Assembly: GCA_963668695.2 (NCBI GenBank)
Contig: CAXXLQ010000004.1
Location: forward strand, 2,848,001 to 2,912,000
DNA from: Vicinamibacteria bacterium
Lineage (GTDB): Bacteria > Acidobacteriota > Vicinamibacteria > Marinacidobacterales > Marinacidobacteraceae
Length of the DNA: 64,000 bases
Reading direction: 5' to 3'
This document shows positions 19,123 through 34,116 of this stretch, piece by piece (position 1 is the stretch's first letter; each line of letters opens with the position of its first letter). Made by a program: the position numbers and the translations under genes. The notes beneath the pieces are model-generated. The model worked only from the letters and a program-made list of their open reading frames with translations. It was not told the DNA's origin and made no database searches.

Positions 19123-21502
19123 TGGGAAACCCAGCAGCCGGTGCCGGAACCCAGGCGGCCCAGTTCTCCCGGTGGGGGCTCGCCCGGCGATGCATCCCGG
19201 CCAAACACCCGGTAGTGAAACCCACGCGGCCCAGTTCTCCCGGTGGGGGCTCGGCCGGCGATCCATCCCGGCCAAACAACCGGTGATGAAACCCACGCGG
19301 CCCAGTTCTCCCGGTGGGGGCTCGGCCGGCGATCCATCCCGGCTGACCGCGTCGCTGCGCGCCGCTCATCGTTGCGTTTCGGTCGAAATACACCAGGTAT
19401 TCCTCCCTAACGCGCCTTGTCAGCCGGGCGTCTCACCGGCCTCGGCGCTCACGCGGGTTCCACCACCGGCTGTTCACCGCGTCGCTGCGCGCCGCTCATC
19501 GTTGCGTATCGGTCGGAATACACCCGGGCCAGTTCTCCCGGTGGGGGCTCCTCCCTCACGCGCCTTGTCAGCCGGGCCCCCACCGGGAGAACTGGGCCTC
19601 ACCGGCCTCGGCGCTCACGTGGGTTCCACCACCGGCTGTTCACCACTCCGCTCCGCTTCGTTCTGTGTTGCGTTTCGGTCGAAATACACCCGGGCCAGTT
19701 TTCCCGGTGGGGGCTCCTTCCTCACGCGCCTTGTCAGCCGCGCGCCTCACCCCCACCGGGAGAACTGGCGGGCTCGGCGCTCACCCGGGTTCCACCACCG
19801 ACTGCCAGAGCTCGGGCTCGCGGTGTTGCTCGGTGCATCGCCGGCGGCGGGTGAGAACTTCGTCTTCGTGGACCGGACCGAGGCGGCTGGAATCCGCTTC
19901 CACCACGAGGACGGCGGCAGCGGCCGGCGTTACGTGATCGAGATTGTCGGCGCGGGTGTCGCGGTATTCGATTACGACGGCGACGGTTGGCCGGATCTTT
20001 TTTTCGTGAACGGGCACCCGCTGCCAGGTGATACGGGCGGGGGGACGGTCGGGAACCGTCTTTTTCGGAACCGGGGGGACGGGACCTTCCGGGACCGCAC
20101 CGAGGAAGCGGGACTGCTGGATGCGCCGGACGGCCTCCGCTACGGCATGGGGGCCGTCGCGGGTGACCTCGACGGCGACGGCGATCCGGACCTGCTCGTT
20201 ACGCATTTCGGCGAAGAACGGCTCTTCCGGAATCAGGGAGACGGCACCTTTCGCGAAGTCCCGGGCGCCGGCGGTGCGAGCGATGCCCGCTGGACGACCA
20301 GCGCCGCGCTCTTCGATCCCGACGGGGACGGGGATCTGGACGTCTACGCCGCGAATTACCTCGACTACGCGCTGGAACGGCACCGCGACTGCGTGAGTCC
20401 GGTCAAGGAAGTTCTCGCCTACTGCCACCCGCAGGAATACCCGGGAGCGGCCGATTCCTTCTTCGAGAACCTGGGGGACGGGACGTTCCGGGCGGTTCCC
20501 GTTCCCGGTTCGGAGGAAGGGAAGGGGTTGGGAGTGGTCATCACGGACCTCGGAGACGACGGTGCGCCGGACGTGCACGTCGCGAACGACACGACCCCGA
20601 ACTTCCTGTTCCGGACGGAGTCCGGGCCGGAGGGGGTCCGGTTTGTCGAGGACGGGCTCGCATCCGGCGTCGCGTACAACGAGGAGGGCCTCCCGGAAGC
20701 CGGGATGGGCAACGATTGGGGAGACGTGGACCGTGACGGGCGCATGGACCTCGTCGTCACGAACTTCGACTTCGAGACGAACACCCTTTACCGGAACCTC
20801 GGCGGCGGGCTCTTCCTGGACGCCACCGCGGCCTTCGGAATCGGAAGCGAGAGCCTCACCGAACTCGCCTTCGGGTGCGATCTCGCCGATTTCGACAATG
20901 ACGGCTGGCTGGACCTGGTGGTGGCAAACGGCCACATTCTCGACAACATCGCGAAAATCCAGTCGAACCTCCGTTTCGCCCAGCCTGGTCAGGTGTTCCG
21001 GAACAACCACGGCGTCCTGAGACGCAGCCGGGCCAGCGAGGGCGACTTCGCCCGGCCGCGGGTTGGACGGGCTCTTGCCAGTCTCGACTACGACCTCGAC
21101 GGGGATCTGGACCTCGTTCTCGCCAACAACCGGGGTCCGGCGGAGTTGCTCGAGAACCGGGGCGGGGACCAATCGGGGCGTTCGGTGGGCTTCTTGCTGG
21201 TCGGGACCAGCGGAAACCGGGACGGGATCGGAGCGCTCCTGAGCCTCGCGAGCGGCGACCTCGTGCAGCGCGAGGAGCGGCGGGCAGGGGCCAGCTACCT
21301 GGCTCAGCACGATCCCGTGATGTGGTTCGGTCTCGGCCAAGCGGCCAGCGCCAGCGACATCACGATTCGGTGGCGGTCCGGGCGGGAGGAGTTCCTCGGA
21401 TCCCTGCCGGCGGGGTGGGTCCACATCATCAAGGAGGGGTCCGGGCGCATCGGCGGCTCCGAGGTGGGCGCCCGGGGGGACTCGAACCGGGAGGCGCGAT
21501 GA
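19122..21502 (+). CDS. CRTAC1 / ASPIC-UnbV family protein, N-terminus interrupted by a repeat element
   Basis: FG-GAP repeats DYDGDGWPD, DLDGDGDPD, DFDNDGWLD and C-terminal SYLAQHDPVMWFGLG from ~19805. ATG 19122 overlaps the upstream TGA and becomes in frame if the insert is removed. Confidence 0.8.
19132..19807 (+). mobile_element. Compound family A MITE-like element (tandem internal units, many nested modules)
   Basis: CA|GCAGCCGGTG ... CACCGACTGC|CA; three copies of the CGTTGCG...TCGGTCGAAATACACC core and about seven nested modules. Confidence 0.8.
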
Positions 21503-23199
21503 GGGCCGGGTTGGGGACGGTGGCCGGGTTGGGGACGGTGGCCGCGCAGGTCCTCCTCTTCGCCGGGGCGGCATCCGCCCAGCCGGAAATCCGCTTCACC
21601 GAGGTGGCGGAGGCGTCCGGGATCCGCTTCATCAACATGTACGGCGGGGTCCGCAGCAAGGACTTCATCGTCGAGACGACCGGTACCGGTGCGGCCTTTT
21701 TCGACTACGACGGCGACGGGGACCTGGATCTCTTCCTGGTCAACGGATCCCGACTCGGGTATGACGAAAGCCAAAGCCTTTCGAACGCGCTATTCCGGAA
21801 CGAGGGCGATGGACGATTCACGGAGGTCACCGGGCCAGCGGGCCTCGAGTCCTACGGTTGGGGGCAGGGGGCCTGGGTCGTGGATCACGACAATGACGGT
21901 GATCTCGATCTCTTCGTCACCCGCTACGGGCGGAACCTCTTCTACCGAAACCGGGGAGACGGCACCTTTGAGGAAGTGGGGCCCGAGTTGGGTCTGGACG
22001 ATCGTCAATGGGGCACCGGGGCCGCCTTCGGCGACCTGGACGGCGACGGCGTCTCCGACCTGGTGGTGGTGAACTACGTGGACTTCGACCCGGAGGGCAC
22101 CCCGGGGCCGGGAGAGGAGCCTTTCTGTTTCTTCCTCGGCATCCCGGTCATGTGCGGTCCGAAGGGGCTGGCCCCGGCGCCGGCGATCCTCTACCGCGGG
22201 CTCCCCGACGGGCGTTTCCTCCGGGTCGAAGGAGAGGAGATCGGCGCCGAGCGGTACTTCGGCCTCGGGGTGGCGCTCGGCGATCTGGATGACGACGGCG
22301 ACCTCGACGTCTACGTGGCGAACGACCAGATGCCGAACAACTTCTACCGGAACGACAGCGGGGACGGAGAACTCGAGTTCACCGAGATCGGTCTTGCGGC
22401 CGGCCTCGCCTACAACGAAGACGGGCGGGCGCAGGCGGGGATGGGGGTGGACCTCGGGGACTACGACAACGACGGGCAACTGGACATCGTCGTCACGAAC
22501 TTCTCCCACGACTACAACACGATTTACCGGGCGGCGGGTAGCGGGTGGTTCCTCGACGAATCGTTCGCCGCCGGGGTTGCGGAACCGAGCTATCCGTACC
22601 TCGGTTGGGGAACCGGATTCCGCGACCTCGATCGCGACGGTTGGCTGGATCTGGTGGTGGTGAACGGGCACGTCTATCCCGAAGTCGCGGGTGGAGTCAC
22701 GGAGAGCGACTACGCCCAGCGGGGACTTGTCTTCCGAAACCTCACCGGAGGCGTCTTCGCCGAAGTCCCGCCGACGGCGCTGGGAGTTCCCCGGGTCTAT
22801 CGCGGTGCCGCGTTCGCCGACTACGACGACGATGGAGACACCGACCTGCTGGCGACCGTCATGAACGGTCCGCCGGCGCTCTTCCGGAACGACACGGAGA
22901 CCACAGCCGCGTGGGCCGGGTTTCAGCTCGTCGGCCGGACGAGTCCGCGGGACGGGATCGGAACGCGGCTCACCCTCATGGGGGGAGACGTTTCCCAGGT
23001 GCGCGACGCGCGATCTGCGGGCAGCTACCTCGCCTCCAGCGACCCCCGGGTCTTCTTCGGCCTGGGCTTGGGAGACGGTCCATTCCGGGTCCGGGTTCGC
23101 TGGCTCTCCGGCTGCGAGCTGGAGGTCGAGGCTGTCCCCGGCGGTTACCTACCGGTAGTAGAACCGCGCGACTGCCCGGCGGACCCGGGCGGCGGGTGA
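21499..23199 (+). CDS. CRTAC1 / ASPIC-UnbV family FG-GAP repeat protein
   Basis: ATGA overlap with the previous stop; DYDGDGDLD repeats, YVAND, GMGVD, NGHVYP, SYLASSDPRVFFGLG. Confidence 0.9.
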   Translation: MRAGLGTVAGLGTVAAQVLLFAGAASAQPEIRFTEVAEASGIRFINMYGGVRSKDFIVETTGTGAAFFDYDGDGDLDLFLVNGSRLGYDESQSLSNALFRNEGDGRFTEVTGPAGLESYGWGQGAWVVDHDNDGDLDLFVTRYGRNLFYRNRGDGTFEEVGPELGLDDRQWGTGAAFGDLDGDGVSDLVVVNYVDFDPEGTPGPGEEPFCFFLGIPVMCGPKGLAPAPAILYRGLPDGRFLRVEGEEIGAERYFGLGVALGDLDDDGDLDVYVANDQMPNNFYRNDSGDGELEFTEIGLAAGLAYNEDGRAQAGMGVDLGDYDNDGQLDIVVTNFSHDYNTIYRAAGSGWFLDESFAAGVAEPSYPYLGWGTGFRDLDRDGWLDLVVVNGHVYPEVAGGVTESDYAQRGLVFRNLTGGVFAEVPPTALGVPRVYRGAAFADYDDDGDTDLLATVMNGPPALFRNDTETTAAWAGFQLVGRTSPRDGIGTRLTLMGGDVSQVRDARSAGSYLASSDPRVFFGLGLGDGPFRVRVRWLSGCELEVEAVPGGYLPVVEPRDCPADPGGG

Positions 23200-23225
23200 A
23201 TGTCACGGCCTTTCGTGAAGCAATT

Positions 23226-23412
23226 ATGACCATTGTGAACACAACTTGTCTCTTGGGTCTCTTGGGATGTTTCGCGTGGGCGTCCGCTGCGTTCGGGCAG
23301 GATGGCGGCATTTCGGGCACGGTGACTGACTTTGGCGGCGGGGCGCTGCCCGGGGTGACCGTCGAAGTGTCCGGCTCGACGCTGGCCGGCCCGCAGGTGG
23401 CGGTGACCGACC
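23226..23412 (+). pseudogene. 5' stub of a carboxypeptidase-regulatory-domain (TonB-dependent receptor-like) gene
   Basis: Signal peptide followed by GGISGTVTDFGGGALPGVTVEVSG...VAVTD, after which similarity stops abruptly. Confidence 0.6.
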
Positions 23413-23634
23413 GCCTGGCGGTTCGGCGGCTGAACGGCGGGACAGCCACCGCGCCGTCCGCACCGGACCGGGTGGTCGAGCAGAGTTCGCGAGACATTTC
23501 CCCCACTCCGGGGGCAATGTCGCTCGAACAGCGGCGGTCCCTGACCACGGGCTTCGCGCCCCGTCGCTGTTTCCCCGTGTTGCTCCCCGGCGGCGTGGCG
23601 GGCGGCGACGCCGCGTGGGTTCCACCACCGGCTG

Positions 23635-24747
23635 CTAGGGGGCGTCAAAGGACACGGTCTTCAGGAGCGCGAACACCTCGCCGCCGCGCTTCAGTCCGAG
23701 ATCGGCGACCGCGTCCCGAGTGATCCGGGCGCGCAGGCGCTGTCGCCCGACCTCCACCAGGATCTCGGCGAACGGACTGGCAGGATCCTCGGAGACGCTT
23801 CCGATTCTGCCGCGTAACACGTTCCGGATACTGATCGACTCGGGTGGCCGGGTCGCGAGCGCGACGTCCCGGGCGCGGACGCGAAGACGCGCCACCGCGC
23901 CCACCTGGTAGCGGGTCCCGGGCACCCGGAGAATCTGGCCGTCGAGGTCCAGTTCCGACAGCCCGAGCGCCGGAAGCTGTGCCCGGACCCGCGCGGTCAA
24001 AAGGGCGCTCGTCTCGAAGCGCGAGAGCGCGTCTCCCGCCTCCAGCCGCTCGAGCGACTCGGAGGTGGGCGCCGCCGCGGCGATCCGCCCCCCGGACATG
24101 AGCGCGATCCGGTGGGCAATTTCGATTACCTCTCCGAGGTCGTGGCTCACGTAGAGCACCGCCATCCCGGCTTCTTCGGCGAGGGAACGGAGCCACGGCA
24201 GCACGGCGTCGCGAGCCTTCCGGTGGAGCGCGGAAAGGGGCTCATCGAGCAGGAGCACGAGGGGGTCGGAGAGGAGCGTCCGCGCCAGCGAGACACGCTG
24301 GCGCTCTCCCCCCGACAGTCCCCGTGGGGTCCGCTCCAGTTGCGTCGCGAGCCCGAGTCGTTCCACGACCTCGGAGAACGCGAGGGGCCGGTTCCGCTGC
24401 GCGGCGGTGGCGCGCCGTTCCGCATAGCGGAGGTTCCCTTCTACCGAGAGGTGCTCGAAGAGCGCCGGTTCCTGAAAGGCGAAGCCGACCCGCCGGCGAT
24501 GCGGCGCCAGGAAGACCCCGCGGCTGTCGTCCTGCCAGATCGATGCGCCCGCCTGCAGTCGTCCTCGCAGCCGCGTGAGGCCGGCCACCGCGCGCAGGAC
24601 GGTGGTCTTGCCGCTGCCGGACGGCCCGAAGATCGCGGTCACTTCGCCGGCCGGTGCGGCAAACGCGGCCTCGACTTCGAAGGCCCCGACCGTGCCGCTG
24701 AGCGCCAGATCGATGGATCCGGCCGGTCGGGGAGCGGGGGCGTTCAC
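23635..24747 (-). CDS. modC: Molybdate ABC transporter ATP-binding protein
   Basis: [28 protein letters not shown]-terminal TOBE (SIRNVL...ARIT...FALLK); GTGA overlap with the modB stop. Confidence 0.93.
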   Translation of the reverse strand: MNAPAPRPAGSIDLALSGTVGAFEVEAAFAAPAGEVTAIFGPSGSGKTTVLRAVAGLTRLRGRLQAGASIWQDDSRGVFLAPHRRRVGFAFQEPALFEHLSVEGNLRYAERRATAAQRNRPLAFSEVVERLGLATQLERTPRGLSGGERQRVSLARTLLSDPLVLLLDEPLSALHRKARDAVLPWLRSLAEEAGMAVLYVSHDLGEVIEIAHRIALMSGGRIAAAAPTSESLERLEAGDALSRFETSALLTARVRAQLPALGLSELDLDGQILRVPGTRYQVGAVARLRVRARDVALATRPPESISIRNVLRGRIGSVSEDPASPFAEILVEVGRQRLRARITRDAVADLGLKRGGEVFALLKTVSFDAP

Positions 24748-25424
24748 CGAGCTCTCCCTCCCGGCCTCTGCTGCAGGCTGAGGGTCAGCGCCACCACCAC
24801 GAAGGAGAACACGAGCAGCCCGCCCGAGAGGAGATGGGCGGTGCCCCATTCCATGAGTTCCACGTGGTCGTAGATCGCGATCGAGAGCACCCGGGTGGCG
24901 CCCGGGATGTTGCCGCCGATCATCAGGATGACCCCGAACTCTCCGACGGTGTGGGCGAAGCCCAGCACCCCGCCCGCGATCAGGCCGGGCCGGGCGAGCG
25001 GCACCGCAACGGTCCAGAAAGCGTCCCAGGGAGAGGCGCGCAGCGTCGCGGCCGCCTCCAGCGGACGATCGCCGACGGCTTCGAAGGCGCTCCGGATGGG
25101 CTGGACGGTGAACGGCAGCGAGTAGATGACGGAACCGATGACCAGCCCCGGAAAGGAGAACGCCAGGGAACGCTCGCCGAACAGCCGGGCCACGAAACCA
25201 CCCGGCCCGTCGGGCCCCAGTGCGATCAGCAGGTAGAAACCAATGACGGTGGGGGGCAGAACGAGGGGTAGAGCGACGAGGGCGGCGACCGCCTCCTTGA
25301 ACCGGAAGGAGGTACGCGCGAGCCACCACGCGATCGGCGTCCCCAGAAGCAGGAGGAAGACCGTGGTCACCCCGGCCAGCTCGAGCGTGAGCCGAATCGG
25401 CGGCCAGATGGTTTCCGCGCTCAC
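24744..25424 (-). CDS. modB: Molybdate ABC transporter permease
   Basis: [41 protein letters not shown]. Confidence 0.95.
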   Translation of the reverse strand: MSAETIWPPIRLTLELAGVTTVFLLLLGTPIAWWLARTSFRFKEAVAALVALPLVLPPTVIGFYLLIALGPDGPGGFVARLFGERSLAFSFPGLVIGSVIYSLPFTVQPIRSAFEAVGDRPLEAAATLRASPWDAFWTVAVPLARPGLIAGGVLGFAHTVGEFGVILMIGGNIPGATRVLSIAIYDHVELMEWGTAHLLSGGLLVFSFVVVALTLSLQQRPGGRAR

Positions 25425-25437
25425 GATCCGTTGGGGC

Positions 25438-26223
25438 TCACTCCGCGCGATAGCCGTGTCGGCGGAGAATCTCGCGCGAAGTTTCCGACCCGAGGAAATC
25501 GAGGAATCGCGCGGCAGCCGGGTTGTCCCGCCCGGCCTCAAGCAGCACCGCCTGCTGCCGGATGGGAGCGTGGAGGTCTTCGGGTACCAGCCAGCGAGAC
25601 CCGCCCGCGCTCGAAGCGATCTGCGAGAGGGCGATGAACCCCAACTCGGCGTTCCCGGTGCGGACAAACTGATGCGCTTGGGAGACGTTTGTTCCGATGA
25701 CCCGCCGGTCCCGAAGCATGTCTTCGAGCCCGAGCGCCCTCACCGCCTCCATCGCCGCCCGGCCGTAGGGGGCGAGCGCCGGATTTGCCAGCGCGACACG
25801 GCTGAGGTCAGGATCGCGGAGAGCGCCGGGCCCCTTGATCCGTTTTGCTTCCGTGCTGAAGAGCACGAGTCTCCCCACCGCGTAGGTGCGGCGGCTGCCG
25901 GGGACTGCGAATCCGTCGCGCTCCGCCCGCTGCGGGCGCTCCTGATCGGCCGCGAGGAACACCTCGAAGGGAGCGCCCTGAACGATCTGGGCGTAGAGCT
26001 GGCCGGTGGAACCGAAGCTGAGGAGCGGAGTGTCTCCGGTCGCGTCCTCGAAAGCGGTCGCGATCTCGCGAGCCGCCGCCGTGAAGTTGGCGGCCACCGC
26101 CGCCCGGACGCTCCCGGTCCCGGCCGAGAGCTTCGCGGGCGAAGCCCACCAGACGCCGGCCGAGAGGAGGACGATCGCGAGGAGTACTACGGGGAGGGTT
26201 CGTCGAGCCATGCCCGTCGGCAT
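25438..26223 (-). CDS. modA: Molybdate ABC transporter substrate-binding protein
   Basis: [36 protein letters not shown]...GNAELGF. Confidence 0.95.
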   Translation of the reverse strand: MPTGMARRTLPVVLLAIVLLSAGVWWASPAKLSAGTGSVRAAVAANFTAAAREIATAFEDATGDTPLLSFGSTGQLYAQIVQGAPFEVFLAADQERPQRAERDGFAVPGSRRTYAVGRLVLFSTEAKRIKGPGALRDPDLSRVALANPALAPYGRAAMEAVRALGLEDMLRDRRVIGTNVSQAHQFVRTGNAELGFIALSQIASSAGGSRWLVPEDLHAPIRQQAVLLEAGRDNPAAARFLDFLGSETSREILRRHGYRAE

Positions 26224-26327
26224 GGTATTGGGGGTTCGTTGCCGGCGGCCTGGATCGGATTCGGTCACGCGGGGACCCGATTGAGGCGGGAGAAGCGGCG
26301 CCCCCACTCCAGTGTGAAAAGACGGAT

Positions 26328-26479
26328 GGCAGCGAACTCTGTTCGCTGCCCGCGAGTTCGGGGGAAAGCGTGAAAGGGGGGATTCTCCCCTTTCACAAGA
26401 AGGTAACGACGAATCGGAACTCGCCGAAGCGCGATAGCGCGCGAGGGAGTTTCGAAGCCCGGCGCGAAGCGCCGGGCGG
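26328..26479. repeat. Structured intergenic repeat, family B copy 2
   Basis: Same ordered hairpins as 1024-1179 with altered loops; flanked by GCCCCCACTCC / GGAGCGGGGGC, which could close the structure. Confidence 0.8.
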
Positions 26480-26562
26480 TTTGGGAGCGGGGGCTGGACT
26501 CATACTCGCCCAGGAATCTGGACTCGTTCAGCGATGTGCTCCCGCTCCCGAACCGCTCTGGT

Positions 26563-27783
26563 CTAGCGGGTCGCCGTCATCATGATCTCGACCTTGATGC
26601 CGGCGCCCATCATCTGGGCCTCTACCGTGGCGCGCGCTGGAAACGGCGCGCCGACGACCTCGCGGTACACCTCGTTCATGGCGCCGTAGTCGCGCATGTC
26701 CTCGAGGAAGACGACAGCGTCGTCCACGTCCCGGAAGGTCAGTCCTCCCGCCTCGAGCGCCTCGGCAAGCCGTCCGAGGACGGCGCGCGTCTGGTCGCCG
26801 GCGTCCTCGCTACGGTCCGGTCCGGGTGCGACCATGCCGGACAGATAGAGCCGGTCGCCCGCCCAGATTCCCGGGGAGAGCGGGCTCCCTGAACGGGGGC
26901 CGCCCGGAGCCAGCACGCTGCGCTCGGCGCGGCTGGCCACACACTGGACTTCGGCCGCGAAGAGCGGGTTCGCGAGCCGCGCCTCCACCGTGGCCCGGGT
27001 CGGCGGATCCTCGGGGAAGAACTGGCGATACGCATCGTTCATATCACCGAAGGTGCGGGGGTCGTCCAGAAACACCCGGCAGTTCGCGACGTTCGAGTAG
27101 TCCATACCGGCCGCGTCGAGCACGAGGCCGATGTTCCCCATGATGCGCTGCATCTGCTCCGTCACGCCGCCCGCGACCGGCTGGTAGGTGTCCGGATCGC
27201 GCGCGGTGGCGCCGGCGACGAACAGCGTGTCTCCCGCCTCGATGCCCCAGGAGTAGGGAAGCTCGGGGCTCTTCATCGCCTCGGGGTTGATGACTCGCCG
27301 CTCCACCCCTTGTTTCACCGCGACCATCGAGATTTCGACGAGCGCTCCCGGGATCGCGATGCCGGCCTCCACCGTCGCGCGGGTCGGAGGGTCCTCGGGG
27401 AAGTACTCGCGATACACACCGTTCATCGCCTGGAAGTGCCGGATGTCCGACAGATAGACGTTGACCGCCGCCACCCGGGAAAAATCGAGTCCGACCTTCT
27501 CGAGGGTGGCGCCCATGTTGTCCATCGTCTGGCGAACCTGTGCCTCGATGCCCCCCGGAACGAGATCGAGGGTGCCGGGCACGTTGCCGAGGGCGCCCGC
27601 CAGATAGACGAGGTCGCCGCTTTCCCGGAACTCGGAGAAGGGCAGACCGACGTCACCCGTGTCGGCCGGAGCCTCGGGTGCTTCTCCCGTACCGCCGCAG
27701 CCGAGCGCGAGAAGGATCAGGAAGGGTGCGGCAACAAATCGGGTAGATCGGAACCATCGGATACCTTGGATACGCTGGATCAT
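26563..27783 (-). CDS. Lipoprotein with three tandem RidA/YjgF domains
   Basis: LALGC lipobox; three repeats of (F/Y)xxMNxxY...P(T/A)RATVEA...E. Confidence 0.9.
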   Translation of the reverse strand: MIQRIQGIRWFRSTRFVAAPFLILLALGCGGTGEAPEAPADTGDVGLPFSEFRESGDLVYLAGALGNVPGTLDLVPGGIEAQVRQTMDNMGATLEKVGLDFSRVAAVNVYLSDIRHFQAMNGVYREYFPEDPPTRATVEAGIAIPGALVEISMVAVKQGVERRVINPEAMKSPELPYSWGIEAGDTLFVAGATARDPDTYQPVAGGVTEQMQRIMGNIGLVLDAAGMDYSNVANCRVFLDDPRTFGDMNDAYRQFFPEDPPTRATVEARLANPLFAAEVQCVASRAERSVLAPGGPRSGSPLSPGIWAGDRLYLSGMVAPGPDRSEDAGDQTRAVLGRLAEALEAGGLTFRDVDDAVVFLEDMRDYGAMNEVYREVVGAPFPARATVEAQMMGAGIKVEIMMTATR

Positions 27784-27928
27784 GGGGGGGAGTCCTCCGG
27801 ACATCTTGAGACGGCTCGCGATGATACATTCGGGAACCCCCGCGGCCCCGCGCGAAGGCCCGCCCACCGCCGCCCCGAAACCCGGAATCCTCCCGGGCCG
27901 GTGGCGCGGACCGGCCGCCCCAAAAAGA

Positions 27929-29233
27929 TTGCATTCCGTTTTTTGTTCCGGCCCGGGCGGCCGCCTCGCCGCCGACGGGGTTTGCCTGGAGCGCGCGCTG
28001 GCCGCTGCGGGGGCATCGACGCCCGCCTACGTGTACAGCGTGCGTGCGGTTGTCGAGCGGTTTTGCGCCCTGCAGGGGGCCCTCGCGGGAACCGACCATC
28101 TGATTGCGGTGGCGCTCAAGGCGAACGCCCTGCCGGCGCTGCTGATCCCGCTCCGGGATCTCGGCGCCGGGGTGGAGGCGGTTTCGGCGGCGGAATTGCT
28201 GGTGGCGAGCGGACTCGGTTTCCCCGGGAATCGGATGGTCATGTCCGGTGTCGGCAAGACCGAGGTGGACCTCGAGACCGCGCTGGACCTTGAGGTGCGT
28301 TTTGTTTCGGTCGAATCGGGAGCGGAGCTCGAGTTGCTGAACCGGCTGGCGCTGCGACGTGGTCTCCGGGCTCGGGCGCTCCTCCGTCTGAATCCCGGAG
28401 TGGACGTGGCGACACACCCCAAAATTGCCACGGGAACCCCCGCCGCCAAGTTCGGGATGGCAGCGGCGGACGTCCTCGAGGTCGCCGAGCGGGCCCGCGA
28501 CTGGCACGGGGTGGAGGTCCTTGGAGTTCACGCCCACGCGGGATCCCAGGTCCGCGACGTGGCGACCCTGGCGCGGAGCGCCGAGCGGCTCGGCAAGGTC
28601 TTCGCCCGCCTGCGCCGCTCCGGGATCCCCGTGCGGATTCTGGATGTCGGTGGCGGGCTCGGTATCCCGCACCGCGACGGAGAAGACGAGATCCCGCTGG
28701 CTGTTTATGCGGAAGCGGTGCTGCGAACGCTCCGGGATGTTTCGGCCAGCGAATTCCCCGATGCGGATCTCACCCTCGTGTTCGAGCCGGGGCGGGCGCT
28801 CTTCGGGCCCGCGGGAGCCTTGGTGGTGCGGGTTCTTCACACCAAGCAGACCGGAACCCGGGAGTTCTGCGTCGTCGACGGCGGGATGAACGACTTCCTG
28901 CGGCCGGCGTTGTACGGGGCCTGGCATCGCGTCGTGCCGCTCGTCCGCCGCGCGGGTCCCGATCGGGTCTTCGATGTCGTGGGCGGGGTGTGCGAGTCCG
29001 GCGACCTGTTCGGAGAAGACCGCGCGCTGCCCCCTCCGGAACCGGGAGATCTGCTCGCCGTGCTGGATGCCGGGGCCTACGGGTATTCGATGGCCTCCAA
29101 CTACAACCTGCGCCCTCGACCGGCGGAAGTCGTAACCCGGGATGGCTCCGCGTTTCTGGCGCGGCCGGCTGAGAAGCCGGCGGAACTTGCGGCCCGCGAA
29201 CTCGGTGCCCAACTGGCAGGAATTCCTGGGTGA
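27929..29233 (+). CDS. lysA: Diaminopimelate decarboxylase
   Basis: TPAYVYS, ALKAN (PLP Lys), RLNP, KFG, HAGSQ, LDVGGG, FEPGR, RPALY, CESGD, GAYG.SM.SNYN.R; start uncertain. Confidence 0.92.
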   Translation: MHSVFCSGPGGRLAADGVCLERALAAAGASTPAYVYSVRAVVERFCALQGALAGTDHLIAVALKANALPALLIPLRDLGAGVEAVSAAELLVASGLGFPGNRMVMSGVGKTEVDLETALDLEVRFVSVESGAELELLNRLALRRGLRARALLRLNPGVDVATHPKIATGTPAAKFGMAAADVLEVAERARDWHGVEVLGVHAHAGSQVRDVATLARSAERLGKVFARLRRSGIPVRILDVGGGLGIPHRDGEDEIPLAVYAEAVLRTLRDVSASEFPDADLTLVFEPGRALFGPAGALVVRVLHTKQTGTREFCVVDGGMNDFLRPALYGAWHRVVPLVRRAGPDRVFDVVGGVCESGDLFGEDRALPPPEPGDLLAVLDAGAYGYSMASNYNLRPRPAEVVTRDGSAFLARPAEKPAELAARELGAQLAGIPG

Positions 29234-29754
29234 GCGCCGACAAGGCACCGCCGCCGCGTTTCGCGCTCCTCGGGGCGCTGGCGCTCCTGACCATCCTGGC
29301 GGCGGTCCGGGTCGCCACCACGATGGACGATCCGGCCGATTTCCTGCTCGCCCTCGGCCTCGTGGCGCTCTTCACGCCCCTGAAGGCATTGATGATCCGG
29401 TGGTTGGATGGACGGCGGCCCTACCAGTCGGCGTTTGCGGCGTCCGTGTTCTCCGCGATCGTCGGCATGGTGTTTCGCGAACCGCTCAACCTGTGGTCGC
29501 TGCTGTTTCGCAGCACGATGCTGACCGCGGCCCTCGAGGCGCTTCCGCTCTTTGCGATGCGGACCTCGGATTCCCCGGTGCGAGTCCTCGTGCTGTCCGG
29601 CTACATGAGCGTGGTGGTCCATCTGCTCTCCGGCGGGTTCGTGCTGCTCTCCTGGAGACCGCTCGTCGGGGGGCTGTTGATGGTGGCCGGAGTTGGGGCG
29701 ATGTGGCTTCCGCTGTTCCTCGGCGGTTTCCGGCGCACCGGGGTCCCGCGGTAG
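29230..29754 (+). CDS. Hypothetical integral membrane protein
   Basis: About 6 hydrophobic helices; GTGA overlap with the lysA stop. Confidence 0.7.
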   Translation: MSADKAPPPRFALLGALALLTILAAVRVATTMDDPADFLLALGLVALFTPLKALMIRWLDGRRPYQSAFAASVFSAIVGMVFREPLNLWSLLFRSTMLTAALEALPLFAMRTSDSPVRVLVLSGYMSVVVHLLSGGFVLLSWRPLVGGLLMVAGVGAMWLPLFLGGFRRTGVPR

Positions 29755-29837
29755 CCCGCCAACCGAGAGTCCGAGCCCGACGACGAAACTGTCGGGGAAA
29801 CCGTCAGGAAACCGTCAGGAAGGCCGCGGACGGGCGG

Positions 29838-34107
<4,270 letters not shown>

Positions 34108-34116
34108 GCTCCGGGT

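Noticed and set aside
26224-26560. Moco riboswitch upstream of modABC
   Set aside because: The structured sequence is a repeat also found at 1024-1179, and I could not match it to the Moco RNA consensus by eye; an Rfam scan would settle it.
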